Assembly (NCBI GenBank): GCA_026770705.1
Contig: JANJGN010000016.1
Span: 86,738,001-86,802,000, forward strand
Origin: Isurus oxyrinchus
Lineage: Eukaryota
Reading direction: 5' to 3'
DNA: 64,000 nt
A model generated the notes under the pieces. It did not search any database. It was not told the DNA's origin and saw only the letters and a list, made by a program, of their open reading frames with translations. Position 1 is the stretch's first letter. The number at the start of each line of letters is the position of its first letter. Position numbers and translations under genes: made by a program. Positions 38,140-52,700 of this stretch are shown here, piece after piece.

Positions 38140-40040
38140 CCTCCATCCCTCTCTCTATCTGACCTCCATCTCTCTCTCTCTGACCTCCACCTTCTCTCTA
38201 TCTGACCTCCATCTCTCTCTCTCTGACCTCCATCCCTGTAGTTATCTGACCTCTATCCCACTCTCTATCCAACCTCCATCCTTCTCGCTCTGACCTCCAT
38301 CCCTCTCACTATCTGACCTCCATCCCTCTCTCTATCTGGCCTCCATCCCTCTCTCTGTCTGACCTCCATCCATCTTTCTCTCCAACCTCCATCCGTCTTT
38401 CTCTCCAACCTCCATCCCTCTCTCCATCTGACCTCTACTCTTCTCTTTCTGATCTCCAGCCTACTTTCTATCTGGACTCCAGCCATCCCTCTAGCTGACC
38501 TCCATCTCTCTCTCTACCTGTCCTCCACCCCTCTCCCTATCTGACCTCCACCCCTCTCTCTACCTGAGCTCCAGCCATCTCTCCACCTGACCTCTATCCC
38601 TCGCACCATCTGACCTCCATCACTCTGCGTTTCAGACCTCCATCCCTCTCTCTATCTGACTCCATCCCTCTCTCTATCTGACCTCCATCCCTCTCTCTAT
38701 CTGACTCCATCCCTCTCTCTATCTGACTCCATCTCTCTCTCTATCTGACTCCATCCCTCTCTCTATCTGACTCCATCTCTCTCTCTATCTGACCTCCATC
38801 GCTCTCCCCATTTGGCCTCCATCCCTCGCTCCATCTGACCTCCCTCACTCTGCATTTCCGACTTTCATCCCTCTCTCTATCTGACCTCCATCCCTCTCTC
38901 TATCTGACCTTCATCTCTCTCTCTATCTGACTCCATCCCTCTCTCTATCTGACCTTCATTTCTCTCTCTATGTGACTCCATCCCTTTCTCTATCGGACTC
39001 CATCCCTCTCTCTATCTGACCTTCATCCTTCTCTCTATCTGACCTCCATCCCTCTCTCTATCTGACCTCCATCCCTCTCTCTATCTGACCTCCATCCCTC
39101 TCTCTATCTGACCTCCATCCCTCTCCCCATTTGGCCTCCATCCCTCGCTCCATCTGACCTCCCTCACTCTGCATTTCCGACTTTCATCCCTCTCTCTATC
39201 TGACCTCCATCCCTCTCTCTATCTGACCTTCATCCCTCTCTCTATCTGACTCCATCCCTCTCTCTATCTGACTCCATCCCTCTCTCTATGTGACTCCATC
39301 CCTTTCTCTATCGGACTCCATCCCTCTCTCTATCTGACTCCATCTCTCTCTCTATCTGACTCCATCCCTCTCTCTATCTGACCTCCATCCCTCTCTCTAT
39401 CTGATCTCCATCCCTCTCTCTATCTGACCTCCATCCCTCTCTCTATCTGACTCCATCCCTCTCTCTATCTGACCTCCATCCCTCTCTCTATCTGACCTCC
39501 ATCCCTCTCCCCATTTGGCATCCATCCCTCGCTCCATCTGACCTCCCTCACTCTGCATTTCCGACTTTCATCCCTCTCTCTATCTGACCTTCAGCCATCT
39601 CTCCACCTGACCTCCATTCCTCGGTCCATCTTACCTCCATCACTCTGTATTTCAGACCTTCATTTCTCTCTCTATCTGAGCTCCATCCCTCTCTCTAACT
39701 GACCTTCATCATTCTCTCTATCTGAGCTCCACCCCTCTTTCTACCTGTCCTCCACACCTATCCCAATCTGACCTCCATATCTCTCTCTATCTGACCTCCA
39801 CTCTTCTCTCTACCTGAGCTCCAGCCATCCCTCGCTCCATCTGACCTCCATCACTCTGCGTTTCAGCACCTCATTCCTGTCTCTATCTGACCACCATCAC
39901 TCTCTCTATCTGACCTCCAACCCTCTATCTGAACTTTATGCCTTTCTCTAACTAACCTCCATCTCTCTGTCTATCTGACCTCCAACCCTTCTCTATTTGA
40001 CTTTCACCTCTCCCCCTAATTGACCTCCATCCCTCTCTCT
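38140..40040. repeat. 22/23-bp pyrimidine-rich minisatellite
   Basis: Unit tctga(c)ctccatccctctctcta; a variant block (ccatttggc...gcatttccgactttc) recurs at ~38808, ~39127 and ~39511. Confidence 0.92.
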
Positions 40041-40952
40041 ATTTTAGCTGCTGATGCTCAGATCTGAGCCAATTACAGTTAATCCCGTTATGAACAATGT
40101 CGGCCTATTTGGAATGTCATTTTGATGAAGTCAGTTTGAGCCATTACTCCAAGGACATCACAGATGGTTTGTACATAGGGTAACCCACGAACCAGAGAAT
40201 TGTGTCAGAAAACACAGAGAGAATGAAAGATACAATTAAATCTTGATTAATATGGTTATCAGAGCTGTGTCACTATATAGTTAAAATATTAGTGATGATA
40301 TATCCTGCTGAGTAATATATAGAGAAACCTGAGTAATAAGTCATATGTATCATATTATATGAAATAAAATATGTATTACAAATATATGTTATCAATATAC
40401 AGTAATATATGCAGACCAGATTATTGTGCCAATATATAAAGATCTGCAAAAAGCTGCAATAAAATTTTATTAATATGAAGCTCAGCAAAATGTCATTATT
40501 ATAGTTTAACAATGGCTACTTATTGGTGAAGTTACATTTCACAGTCCAGTCTGTGTACTCAGGTACATCACACTTCACAATCCAGTCCGTGAACTCAGGT
40601 ACATCACAATTCACAATCCTGTCCATGTACTCAGGTATATCACAATTCACAATCCTGTCTGTGTACTCAGGTACATCACACTTCACAATCCAGTCTGTGT
40701 ACTCAGGTACATCACACTTCACAATCCAGTCTGTGTACTCAGGTACATCACACTTCACAATCCAGTCTGTGTACTCAGGTACATCACACTTCACAATCCA
40801 GTCTATGTTCTCAGGTACATCACACTTCATAATCCAGTCTGTGTACTCAGGTACATCACACTTCACAATATAGTCTGTGTACTCAGGTGCATCACACTTC
40901 ACAATCCAGTCTGTGTACTCAGGTACATCACACTTCAAAATCCACTCTGTGT

Positions 40953-43900
40953 TTGTGAAGTGTGATGTACATGAGTACACAGACTGGATTGTGAAGTGTG
41001 ATTTATCTGAGTACACAGACTGGATTGTGAAGTGTGATGTACCTGATTACACAGACTGGATTGTGAAGTGTGATGTAGCTGAGTACACAGACTGGATTGT
41101 GAAGTGTGATGTACCTGAGTAAACAGACTGGATTGTGAAGTGTGACATAGCTGAGTACACAGACTGGATTGTGAAGTGTGATGTACCTGAGTACACAGAC
41201 TGTATTGTGAATTGTGATGTACCTGAGTACACAGACTGGATTGTGATGTGTGGTGTTCCTGAGTACACAAACTGGATTGTGAATGTGATGTACCTCAGTA
41301 CACAGACTGGATTGTGAAGTGTGATGTACCTGAGTAATCATGCAGGATTGTGAAGTGTGATGTACCTGAGTAAACATGCAGGATTGTGAAGTGTGATGTA
41401 CCTGAGTACACAAACTGGATTGTGATGTGTGGTGTACCTGAGTACACAGACTTGATTGTGAAGTGTGAAGTACCTGTGTATACAGACTGGATTGTGAAAT
41501 ATGATGCACCTATTTACACAGACTGGATTCTGAAGTATGATGTTCCTGAGTAGAGAGACTGGAGTGTGATGATTGGTGTACCTGAGAGCACAAACTGGAT
41601 CGTGAAGTGTGATGTACCTGAGTACACTGACTGCATTGTGAAGTGGGACGTAGCTGAGTACACCGACTTGATTTTGACGTCCCTGAGTCCACAGGCAGGA
41701 TTATGAAGTGTGATGTACCGGACTACCACTGATTGGATTGTGAAGTGTGATGAACCTGAGTACACAAACTGGATTGTGAAGTGTGATGTACCTGAGTACA
41801 CAGACTGGATTGTGAAGTGCGAAGTACCTGAGTACACAAACTGGATTGTGAAGTATGATGTTCCTGAGTACACAGACTGGATTGTGAAGTGTGACGTAGC
41901 TGAGTACACAGACTGGATTGTGAAGTGCGAAGTACCTGTGTACACAGACAGGAATGTGAAGTGTGATGTACCTGAGTACACAGACTGGATTGTGAAGTGT
42001 GATGTACCTGAGTACACAGACTGGATTGTGAAGTGTGATGTACCTGAGTACACAGACTGCATTGTGAAGTGTGACGTAGCTGAGTACACAAAATGGATTG
42101 TGAAGTGTGACGTAGCTGAGTACACCGACTTGATTGTAAACTGTGGCGTCCCTGAGTCCACAGGCAGGATTGTGAAGTGTGATGTACCGGACTACCACAG
42201 ATTGGATTGTGAAGTGTGATGTACCTGAGTACACAGACTGGATTGTGAAGTGTGGTGTACCTGATTACACAGACTTGAATGTGAAGTGTGACGTAGCTGA
42301 GTACACAGACTGGATTGTGAAATGTGATATACCTGAGTACACAGTCTGGATTGTGATGTGTGGTGTACCTGAGTACACAAACTGGATTGTGAAGTGTGAT
42401 GTCCCTGAGTTCACAGACTGGATTTTGAAATGTGATATACCTCAGTACACAGACTGGATTGTGATGTGTGGTGTTCATGAGTACACAGACTGGATTGTGA
42501 AGTGTGATATAGCTGAGTACAGAGACTGGAATGTGAATTATGATGCACCTGTGCACACAGTTTGGATTGTGAAGTGTGATGTTCCTGAGGACTCAGACTG
42601 TTTTGTGAAATATGATGTACCTGAGTACACAGACTTGATTGTGAAGTGTGAAGTACCTGTGTACACAGACTGGATTGTGAAGTGTGAAGTACCTGTGTAC
42701 ACAGACTGGATTGTGAAATATGATGGTCCTGAGCAGAGAGACTGGAGTGTGATGATTGGTGTACCTGAGAGCACAAACTGGATTGTGAAGTGTGATGTAT
42801 CTGAGTACACAGAATAGAATGCAAACTGTGATGTACCTGATTACACAGACTGGATTTTGAAGTGTGACGCAGCTGAGAACACAAAATGGATTGTGAAGTG
42901 TGATGTACCTGAGTACACAGACTGGATTATGAAGTGTGACGTAGCTGAGTTCACCGACTTGATTGTAAACTGTGACGTCCCTGAGACAACAGGCAGGATT
43001 GTGAAGTGTGATGTACCGGACTACCACAGATTGTATTGTGAAGTGTGATGTACCTGATTACACAGACTGGATTGTGAAGTGTGATGTACCTGTGTACACA
43101 GACTGTATTGTGAAGTGTGATGTACCGGACTACCACAGATTGTATTGTGAAGTGTGATGTACCTGAGTACACAGACTGGATTGTGAAGTGTGATTTATCT
43201 GAGTACTCAAACTGGATTGTGAAGTGTGATGTACCTGAGTACACAGACTGGATTGTGTAGTGTGATGTACCTGAGTACACAGACTGCATTGTGAAGTGTG
43301 ATGTACCTGAGTACACAGACTGGATAGTGATGTGTGGTGTTCCTGAGTACACAAACTGGATTGTGAAATGTGATGTACCTGAGTACACAGACTGGATTGT
43401 GAAGTGTGATGTACCTCAGTACACAGACTAGATTGTGAAGTGTGATGTACCTGAGTACACAGACTGGATTGTGAAGTGTGATGTACCTGAGTAATCATGC
43501 AGGATTGTGAAGTGTGATGTACCTGAGTACACAAACTGGATTGTGATGTGTGGTGTACCTGATTACACAGACTGGATTGTGAAGTGTGATGTACCTGAGT
43601 ACACAGACTGGATTGTGAAGTGTGATGTACCTGAGTACACAGACTTGATTGTGAAGTTTGAAGTACCTGTGTACACAGACTGGATTGTGAAATATGATGC
43701 ACCTATTTACACAGACTAGATTGTGAAGTATGATGTTCCTGAGTAGAGAGACTGGAGTGTGATGATTGGTGTACCTGAGTGCACAAACTGGATTGTGAAG
43801 TGTGATGTATCTGAGTACACAGAATGGAATGTAAACTGTGATGTACCTGAGTACACAGACTGGATTGTGAAGTGTGATGTACCTGAGTACACAGACTGGA

Positions 43901-44289
43901 TTGTGAAGTGTGATGTATCTGAGTACACAGAATGGAATGTAAACTGTGATGTACCTGAGTACACAGACTGGATTGTGAAGTGTGATGTACCTGAGTACAC
44001 AGACTGGATTGTGAAGTGTGATGTACCTGTGTACACAGACTGGATTGTGAAGTGTGAAGTACCTGTGTACACAGACTGGATTGTGAAGTATGATAGTCCT
44101 GAGCAGAGAGACTGGATTGTGAAGTGTGATGTACCTGAGTACACAGAATAGAATGCAAACTGTGATGTACCTGAGTACACAGACTGGATTGTGAAGTGTG
44201 ACGCAGCTGAGAACACAAAATGGATTGTGAAGTGTGATGTACCTGAGTACACAGACTGGATTGTGAAGTGTGATGTACTTGAGTACGCA
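40953..44289 (-). repeat. Inverted block (~3.3 kb) of the 36-bp satellite
   Basis: Monomer reads tgatgtacctgagtacacagactggattgtgaagtg; switch points at ...tccactctgtgt|ttgtgaagtg (~40952) and ...gagtacgcag|atacaccacaattc (~44290). Confidence 0.95.
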
Positions 44290-47200
44290 GATACACCACA
44301 ATTCACAATTGAGGCAGTGTACTCAGGTACATCACACTTCACAATCCAGTCTGTGTACTCTGGTACATCACATTTCACAAAACAGTCTGTGTACTCAGGT
44401 ACATCACACTTCACAATCCATTTTGTGTACTCAGCTATGTCACACTTCATAATCCAGTCTGTGTACTCAGCTACGTCACACTTCACAATCCATTTTGTGT
44501 ACTCAGCTACGTCACACTTCATAATCCAGTCTGTGTACTCAGGTACATCACAGTTTACATTCCATTCTGTGTACTCAGGTACATCACACTTCACAATCCA
44601 GTTTGTGGTCTCAGGTACACCAATCATCACACTCCAGTCTCTCTACTCAGGAACATCATACTTCACAATCCAGTCTGTGTAAATAGGTGCATCATATTTC
44701 ACAATCCAGTCTGTGTGTTCACGTACATCAGACTTCACAATCCAGTCTGTGTAATCAGGTGCAATACACTTCACAAACCAGTCTGTGTACTCAGGTACAT
44801 CACACTTCACAATCCAGTCTGTGTACTCAGGTATATCACAATTCACAATCCAGTCTGTGTACACAGGTACATCACACTTCACAATCCAGTCTGTGTACTC
44901 AGGTACATCACACTTCACAATCCAGTCTGTGTACTCAGGTCCATCACGCTTCACAATCCAGTCTGTGTACTCAGGTGCACCACACTTCAAAATCCTGTCT
45001 GTGTACTCAGGTAAATCACACTTCACAAGCTACTCTGTGTACTCAGGTACACCACACTTCACATTCCTGTCTGTGTACTCAGATGCACCACACTTCACAA
45101 TTGAGGCTGTATACTCAGGTACATCACACATCACAATCCAGTCTGTGTACTCAGGTACATCACACTTCACAATCCAGTCTGTGTTCTCAGGTACATCACA
45201 CTTCACAATACAGTCTGTGTACTCAGGTACATCACAATTCACAATCCAGTCTGTGTACTCTGGTACATCACATTTCACAAAACAGTCTGTGTACTCAGGT
45301 ACATCACACTTCACAATCCAGTCTGTGTACTCAGATACATCACACTTCACAATCCAGTCTGTGTACTCAGATACATCACACTTCACAATCCAGTCTGTGT
45401 ACTCAGGTACAACAAACTTCACAATCCAGTCTGTGTACTCAGGTACATCACACTTCCCAATCCAGTCTGTATACTCAGGTACATCACACTTCACAATCCA
45501 GTCTGTGTACTCAGGTACATCACACTTCACATTCCGGTCTGTGTACTCAGTTACATCACATTTCACAATCCAGTCTGTGTACTCAGGTACATCACACTTC
45601 ACAATCCAGTCTGTGTACTCAGGTACATCACACTTCACAATCCACTCTGTGTACTCAGGTACATCACACTTCACAATCCAGTCTGTGTACTCAGGTACAA
45701 CAAACTTCACAATCCAGTCTGTGTACTTAGTTACATCACACTTAACAATCCAGTCTGTGTACTCAGATACATCACACTTCACAATCCATTTTGTGTACTC
45801 AGCTATGTCACACTTCATAATCCAGTCTGTGTACTCAGGTACATCACAGTTTACATTCCATTCTGTGTACTCAGATACATCACACTTCACAATCCAGTTT
45901 GTGGTCTCAGGTACACCAATCATCACACTCCAGTCTCTCTACTCAGGAACATCATACTTCACAATCCAGTCTGTGTAAATAGGTGCATCATATTTCACAA
46001 TCCAGTCTGTGTATACAGGTACTTCACACTTCACAATCAACTCTGTGTACTCATGTGCATCACACTTCACAACCCAGCCTGTGTCCTCAGGTACATCATA
46101 TTTCATAAAACAGTCTGAGTACCCAGGAACATCACACTTCACAATCTAGTCTGTGTACTCAGGTACACCACATTTCACAATCCAGTCTGTGTACTCAGGT
46201 ACATCACACTTCACAATCCAGTCTGTGTACTCAGGTACATCACATTTCACAATCCAGTCTGTGTACTCAGGTACATCACACATCACAATCCAATCTGTGT
46301 ACACAGGTACATCACACTTCACAATCCAGTCTGTGTACTCAGGTACATCAAATTTCACAATCCAGTCTGAGTCCTCAGGAACACCACACATCACAATACT
46401 GTCTGTGTACTCAGGTACATCACATTTCACAATCCAGTCTGTGTACTCAGGTACATCACACATCACAATCCAATCTGTGTACACAGGTACATCACACTTC
46501 ACAATCCACTCTGTGCGCTCAGGTACAACAAACTTCACAATCCAGTCTGTGTACTCAGGTACATCAAACATCACAATCCACTTTGTGTACTCAGTACACC
46601 AATCGTCACAATCCAGTCTGTGTACCCAGGTACATCACACTTCACAATCCAGTCTCTGTACTCAGTAACACCATACTTCACAATCCAGTCTGTGTGCACA
46701 AGTACATCACTCTTCACAATCCACTCTGTGTACACAGGTGGATCATATTTCACAATCCACTCTCTGTACACAGGTACATCACACTTCACAATCAAGTCTG
46801 TGTATTCAGCTACGTCACACTTCACAAACCAGTCTGAGTACTCAGCTACGTCACACTTCACAATCCAGTCTGTGTACACAGGTACATAACACTTCACAAT
46901 CCAGTCTGTGTACACAGGTACATCACACTTCACAATGCGTTCTGTGTACTCAGGTACATCACACTTCACAATCCAGTCTGTGTACTCAGATACATCAAAC
47001 ATCACAATCCAGTTTGTGTACTCAGGACACCAATCATCATAATCCCGTCTTTGTGCTCAGGTACATCAAACTTCACAATCCAGTCTGCGTACACCGGTTC
47101 ATCACAATTCACAATCCAGTCTGTGTACTCAGGTACATCATATTTCACTATCCTGTTCTGCACTCAGGAACATCACTCTTCACAATCCAGTCTGTGTACT

Positions 47201-49799
47201 CAGGTAAATAACATTTCGCAATCCAGTTTGTGTACTCAGGTACATCACATTTCACAATCCAGTCTGTGTACTCAGGTACATCACACTTCACAATCCAGTC
47301 TGTGTACTCAGGTACATCACACTTCACAATTCAGTCTGTGTACTCAGGTACATCACACTTCACAATCCAGTCTATGTTCTCAGGTACATCACACTTCATA
47401 ATCCAGTCTGTGTACTCAGGTACATCACACTTCACAATATAGTCTGTGTACTCAGGTACATCACACTTCACAATCCAGTTTGTGTACTCAGGTACATCAC
47501 ACTTCACAGTCCAATCAGTGGTAGTCCGGTAAATCACACTTCACAATCCAGTCTGCGTTCGCAGGTACATCACACTTTTCAATCCAGTCTGTGTACTCAG
47601 GTACATCACACTTCACAATCCAGTCTCTGTACTCAGGTACATCACACTTCACAATCCAGTCTGTGTACTCAGGTACATCACACTTCACAATCTAGTCTGT
47701 GTACTCAGGTACATCACACTTCACAATCCAGTCCGTGTACTCAGGTACATCACACTTCACAATCCAGTCTGTGTACTCAGGTACATCACACTTCACAATG
47801 AAGTCGGTGTACTCAGCTACGTCACACTTCGCAATCCATTTTGTGTACTCAGCTACGTCACACTTCATAATCCAGTCTGTGTACTCAGGTACATCACAGT
47901 TTACATTCCATTCTGTGTACTCAGGTACATCACACTTCACAATCCAGTCTGTGTACTCAGGTACATCACACTTCACAATCCAGTCTGTGTACTCAGATAC
48001 ATCACACTTCACAATCCAGTTTGTGGTCTCAGGTATACCAATCATCACACTCCAGTCTCTCTACTCAGGAACATCATACTTCACAATCCAGTCTGTCTAA
48101 ATAGGTGCATCATATTTCACAATCCAGTCTGTGTATACAGGTACTTCACACTTCACAATCAAGTCTGTGTACTCATGTGCATCACACTTCACAATCCAGT
48201 CTGTGTCCTCAGGTACATCATATTTCACAAAACAGTCTGAGTACCCAGGAACACCACACTTCACAATCCAGTCTGTGTACTCACGTACATCACACTTCAC
48301 AATCCGGTCTGTGTACTCAGGTACATCACACTTCACAATCCAGTCTGTGTACTCAGGTACATCACACTTCACAATCCAGTCTGTGTACTCAGGTACATCA
48401 CATTTCACAATCCAGTCTGTGTACTCAGGTACATCACACATCACAATCCAATCTGTGTACACAGGTACATCACACTTCACAATCCAGTCTGTGTACTCAG
48501 GTACATCAAATTTCACAATCCAGTCTGAGTCCTCAGGAACACCACACATCACAATACTGTCTGTGTACTCAGGTACATCACATTTCACAATCCAGTCTGT
48601 GTACTCAGGTACATCACACATCACAATCCAATCTGTGAACACAGGTACATCACACTTCACAATCCACACTGTGTGCTCAGGTACAACAAACTTCACAATC
48701 CAGTCTGTGTACACAGGTACATCAAACATCACAATCCACTTTGTGTACTCAGTACACCAATCGTCACAATCCAGTCTGTGTGCAAAAGTACATCACTCTT
48801 CACAATCCACTCTGTGTACACAGGTGGATCATATTTCACAATCCACTCTCTGTACACAGGTACATCACACTTCACAATCAAGTCTGTGTATTCAGCTACG
48901 TAACACTTCACAAACAAGTCTGAGTACTCAGCTACGTCACACTTCACAATCCAGTCTGTGTACTCAGGTACATCACACTTCACAATCCAGTCTGTGTACT
49001 CAGGTACATCACACTTCACAATCCATTCTGTGTACTCAGGTACATCACACTTCACAATCCATTCTGTGTACTCAGGTACATCACATTTCACAATCCAGTC
49101 TGTGTACTCAGGTACATCACACTTCACAATCCAGGCTGTGTACTCAGGTACATCACACTTCATAATCCAGTCTGTGTACTCAGGTACATCACACTTCACA
49201 ATCCAGTCTGTGTACTCAGGTACATCACATTTCACAATCCAGTCTGTGTACTCAGGTACATCACACATCACAATCCAACCTGTGTACACAGGTACATCAC
49301 ACTTCACAATCCAGTCTGTGTACTCAGGTACATCAAATTTCACAATCCAGTCTGAGTCCTCAGGAACACCACACATCACAATACTGTCTGTGTACTCAGG
49401 TACATCACATTTCACAATCCAGTCTGTGTACTCAGATACATCACACTTCACAATCCAGTCTGTGTACTCAGATACGTCACACTTCACAATCCAGTCTGTG
49501 TACTCAGGTACATCACACTTCACAATCCAGTCTGTGTACTCAGGTACATCACACTTCACAATCCAGTCTGTGTACTCAGGTACATCACACTTCACAATCC
49601 AGTCTCTGTACTCAGGTACATCACACGTCACAATACAGTCTGTGTACTCAGGTACATCACATTTCACAATCCAGTCTGTGTACTCAGGTACATCACACTT
49701 CACAATCCAGTCTGTGTACTCAGATACATCACACTTAACAAACCAGTCTGTGTACTCAGGTACGTCACACTTCACAATCCACTCTGTGTACTCAGGTAC

Positions 49800-52700
49800 A
49801 TCACACTTCACAATCCACTCTGTGTACTCAGGTACATCACACTTCACAATCCAGTCTGTGTACTCAGGTACATCACACTTCACAATCCAGTCTGTGTTCT
49901 CAGGTACATCACACTTCACAATCCAGTCTCTGTACTCAGGCACATCACATTTCACAATCCAGTCTGTGTACTCAGGTACATCACACTTCACAATCCATTC
50001 TGTGTACTCAGGTACATCACACTTCACAATCCAGTCTATGTTCTCAGGTACATCACACTTCATAATCCAGTCTGTGTACTCAGGTACATCACACTTCACA
50101 ATCCAGTCTATGTTCTCAGGTACATCACACTTCATAATCCAGTCTGTGTGCTCAGGTACATCACATTTCACAATATAGTCAGTGTACTCAGGTACATCAC
50201 ACTTCACAATCCAGTCTCTGTACTCAGGTACATCACACTTCACAATCCAGTCTGTGTACTCAGGTACATCACACTTCACAATTCAGTCTGTGTACTCAGG
50301 TACATCACACTTCACAATCCAGTCTATGTTCTCAGGTACATCACACTTCATAATCCAGTCTGTGTACTCAGGTACATCACACTTCACAATATAGTCTGTG
50401 TACTCAGGTACATCACACTTCACAATCCAGTTTGTGTACTCAGGTACATCACACTTCACAGTCCAATCAGTGGTAGTCCGGTAAATCACACTTCACAATC
50501 CTGCCTGTTGTCTCAGGGACGTCACAGTTTACAATCAAGTCGGTGTACTCAGCTACGTCACACTTCACAATCCATTTTGTGTACTCAGCTACGTCACACG
50601 TCATAATCCAGTCTGTGTACTCAGGTACATCACAGTTTACATTCCATTCTGTGTACTCAGATACATCACACTTCACAATCCAGTTTGTGCTCTCAGGTAC
50701 ACCAATCATCACACTCCAGTCTCTCTACTCAGGAACATCATACTTCACAATCCAGTCTGTGTAAATAGGTGCATCATATTTCACAATCCAGTCTGTGTAT
50801 ACAGGTACTTCACACTTCACAATCAACTCTGTGTACTCATGTGCATCACACTTCACAACCCAGCCTGTGTCCTCAGGTACATCATATTTCACAAAACAGT
50901 CTGTGTACTCAGGAACAACACACTTCACAATCCAGTCTGTGCACTCAGGTACATCACACTCCACAATCCAGTCTGTGTACTCAGGTACACCACATTTCAC
51001 AATCCAGTCTGTGTACTCAGGTACATCACACTTCACAATCCAGTCTGTGTACTCAGGTACATCACATTTCACAATCCAGTCTGTGTACTCAGGTACATCA
51101 AATTTCACAATCCAGTCTGAGTCCTCAGGAACACCACACATCACAATACTGTCTGTGTACTCAGGTACATCACATTTCACAATCCAGTCTGTGTACTCAG
51201 GTACATCACACATCACAATCCAATCTGTGTACACAGGTACATCACACTTCACAATCCACTCTGTGTGCTCAGGTACAACAAACTTCACAATCCAGTCTGT
51301 GTACTCAGGTACATCAAACATCACAATCCACTTTGTGTACTCAGTACACCAATCGTCACAATCCAGTCTGTGTACCCAGGTACATCACACTTCACAATCC
51401 AGTCTCTGTACTCAGTAACACCATACTTCACAATCCAGTCTGTGTGCACAAGTACATCACTCTACACAATCCACTATGTGTACACAGGTGGATCATATTT
51501 CACAATCCACTCTCTGTACACAGGTACATCACACTTCACAATCAAGTCTGTGTATTCAGCTACGTCACACTTCACAAACCAGTCTGAGTACTTCGCTACG
51601 TCACACTTCACAATTCAGTCTGTGTACTCAGGTGCATCATATTTCACAATCCAGTCTGTGTACACAGGTACATCACACTTCACAATCCAGTCTGTGTACT
51701 CAGATACATCAAACATCACAATCCAGTTTGTGTACTCAGGACACCAATCATCATAATCCCGTCTTTGTGCTCAGGTACATCAAACTTCACAATCCAGTCT
51801 GCGTACACCGGTTCATCACAATTCACAATCCAGTCTGTGTACTCAGGTACATCATATTTCACAATCCTGTTCTGCACTCAGGAACATCACTCTTCACAAT
51901 CCAGTCTGTGTACTCAGGTACATCACACTTAACAATCCAGTCTTTGTACTCAGGTACATCACACTTCACAATCCACTTTGTTAACTCAGGCACACCACAC
52001 ATCACAATCCAGTCTGTGTACTCAGGTACATCACACTTCACAATCCAGTCTGTGTACTCAGGTATATAACATTTCGCAATCCAGTTTGTGTACTCAGGTA
52101 CATCACATTTCACAATCCAGTCTGTGTACTCAGGTAAATAACATTTCGCAATCCAGTTTGTATACTCAGGTACATCACACTTCATAATCCAGTCTGTGTA
52201 CTCAGGTACATCACACTTCACAATCCAGTCTGTGTACTCAGGTACATCACATTTCACAATCCAGTCTGTGTACTCAGGTACATCACACATCACAATCCAA
52301 TCTGTGTACACAGGTACATCACACTTCACAATCCAGTCTGTGTACTCAGGTACATCAAATTTCACAATCCAGTCTGAGTCCTCAGGAACACCACACATCA
52401 CAATACTGTCTGTGTACTCAGGTACATCACATTTCACAATCCAGTCTGTGTACTCAGATACATCACACTTCACAATCCAGTCTGTGTACTCAGATACGTC
52501 ACACTTCACAATCCAGTCTGTGTACTCAGGTACATCACACTTCACAATCCAGTCTGTGTACTCAGGTACATCACACTTCACAATCCAGTCTGTGTACTCA
52601 GGTACATCACACTTCACAATCCAGTCTCTGTACTCAGGTACATCACACTTCACAATACAGTCTGTGTACACAGGTACATCACATTTCACAATCCAGTCTG

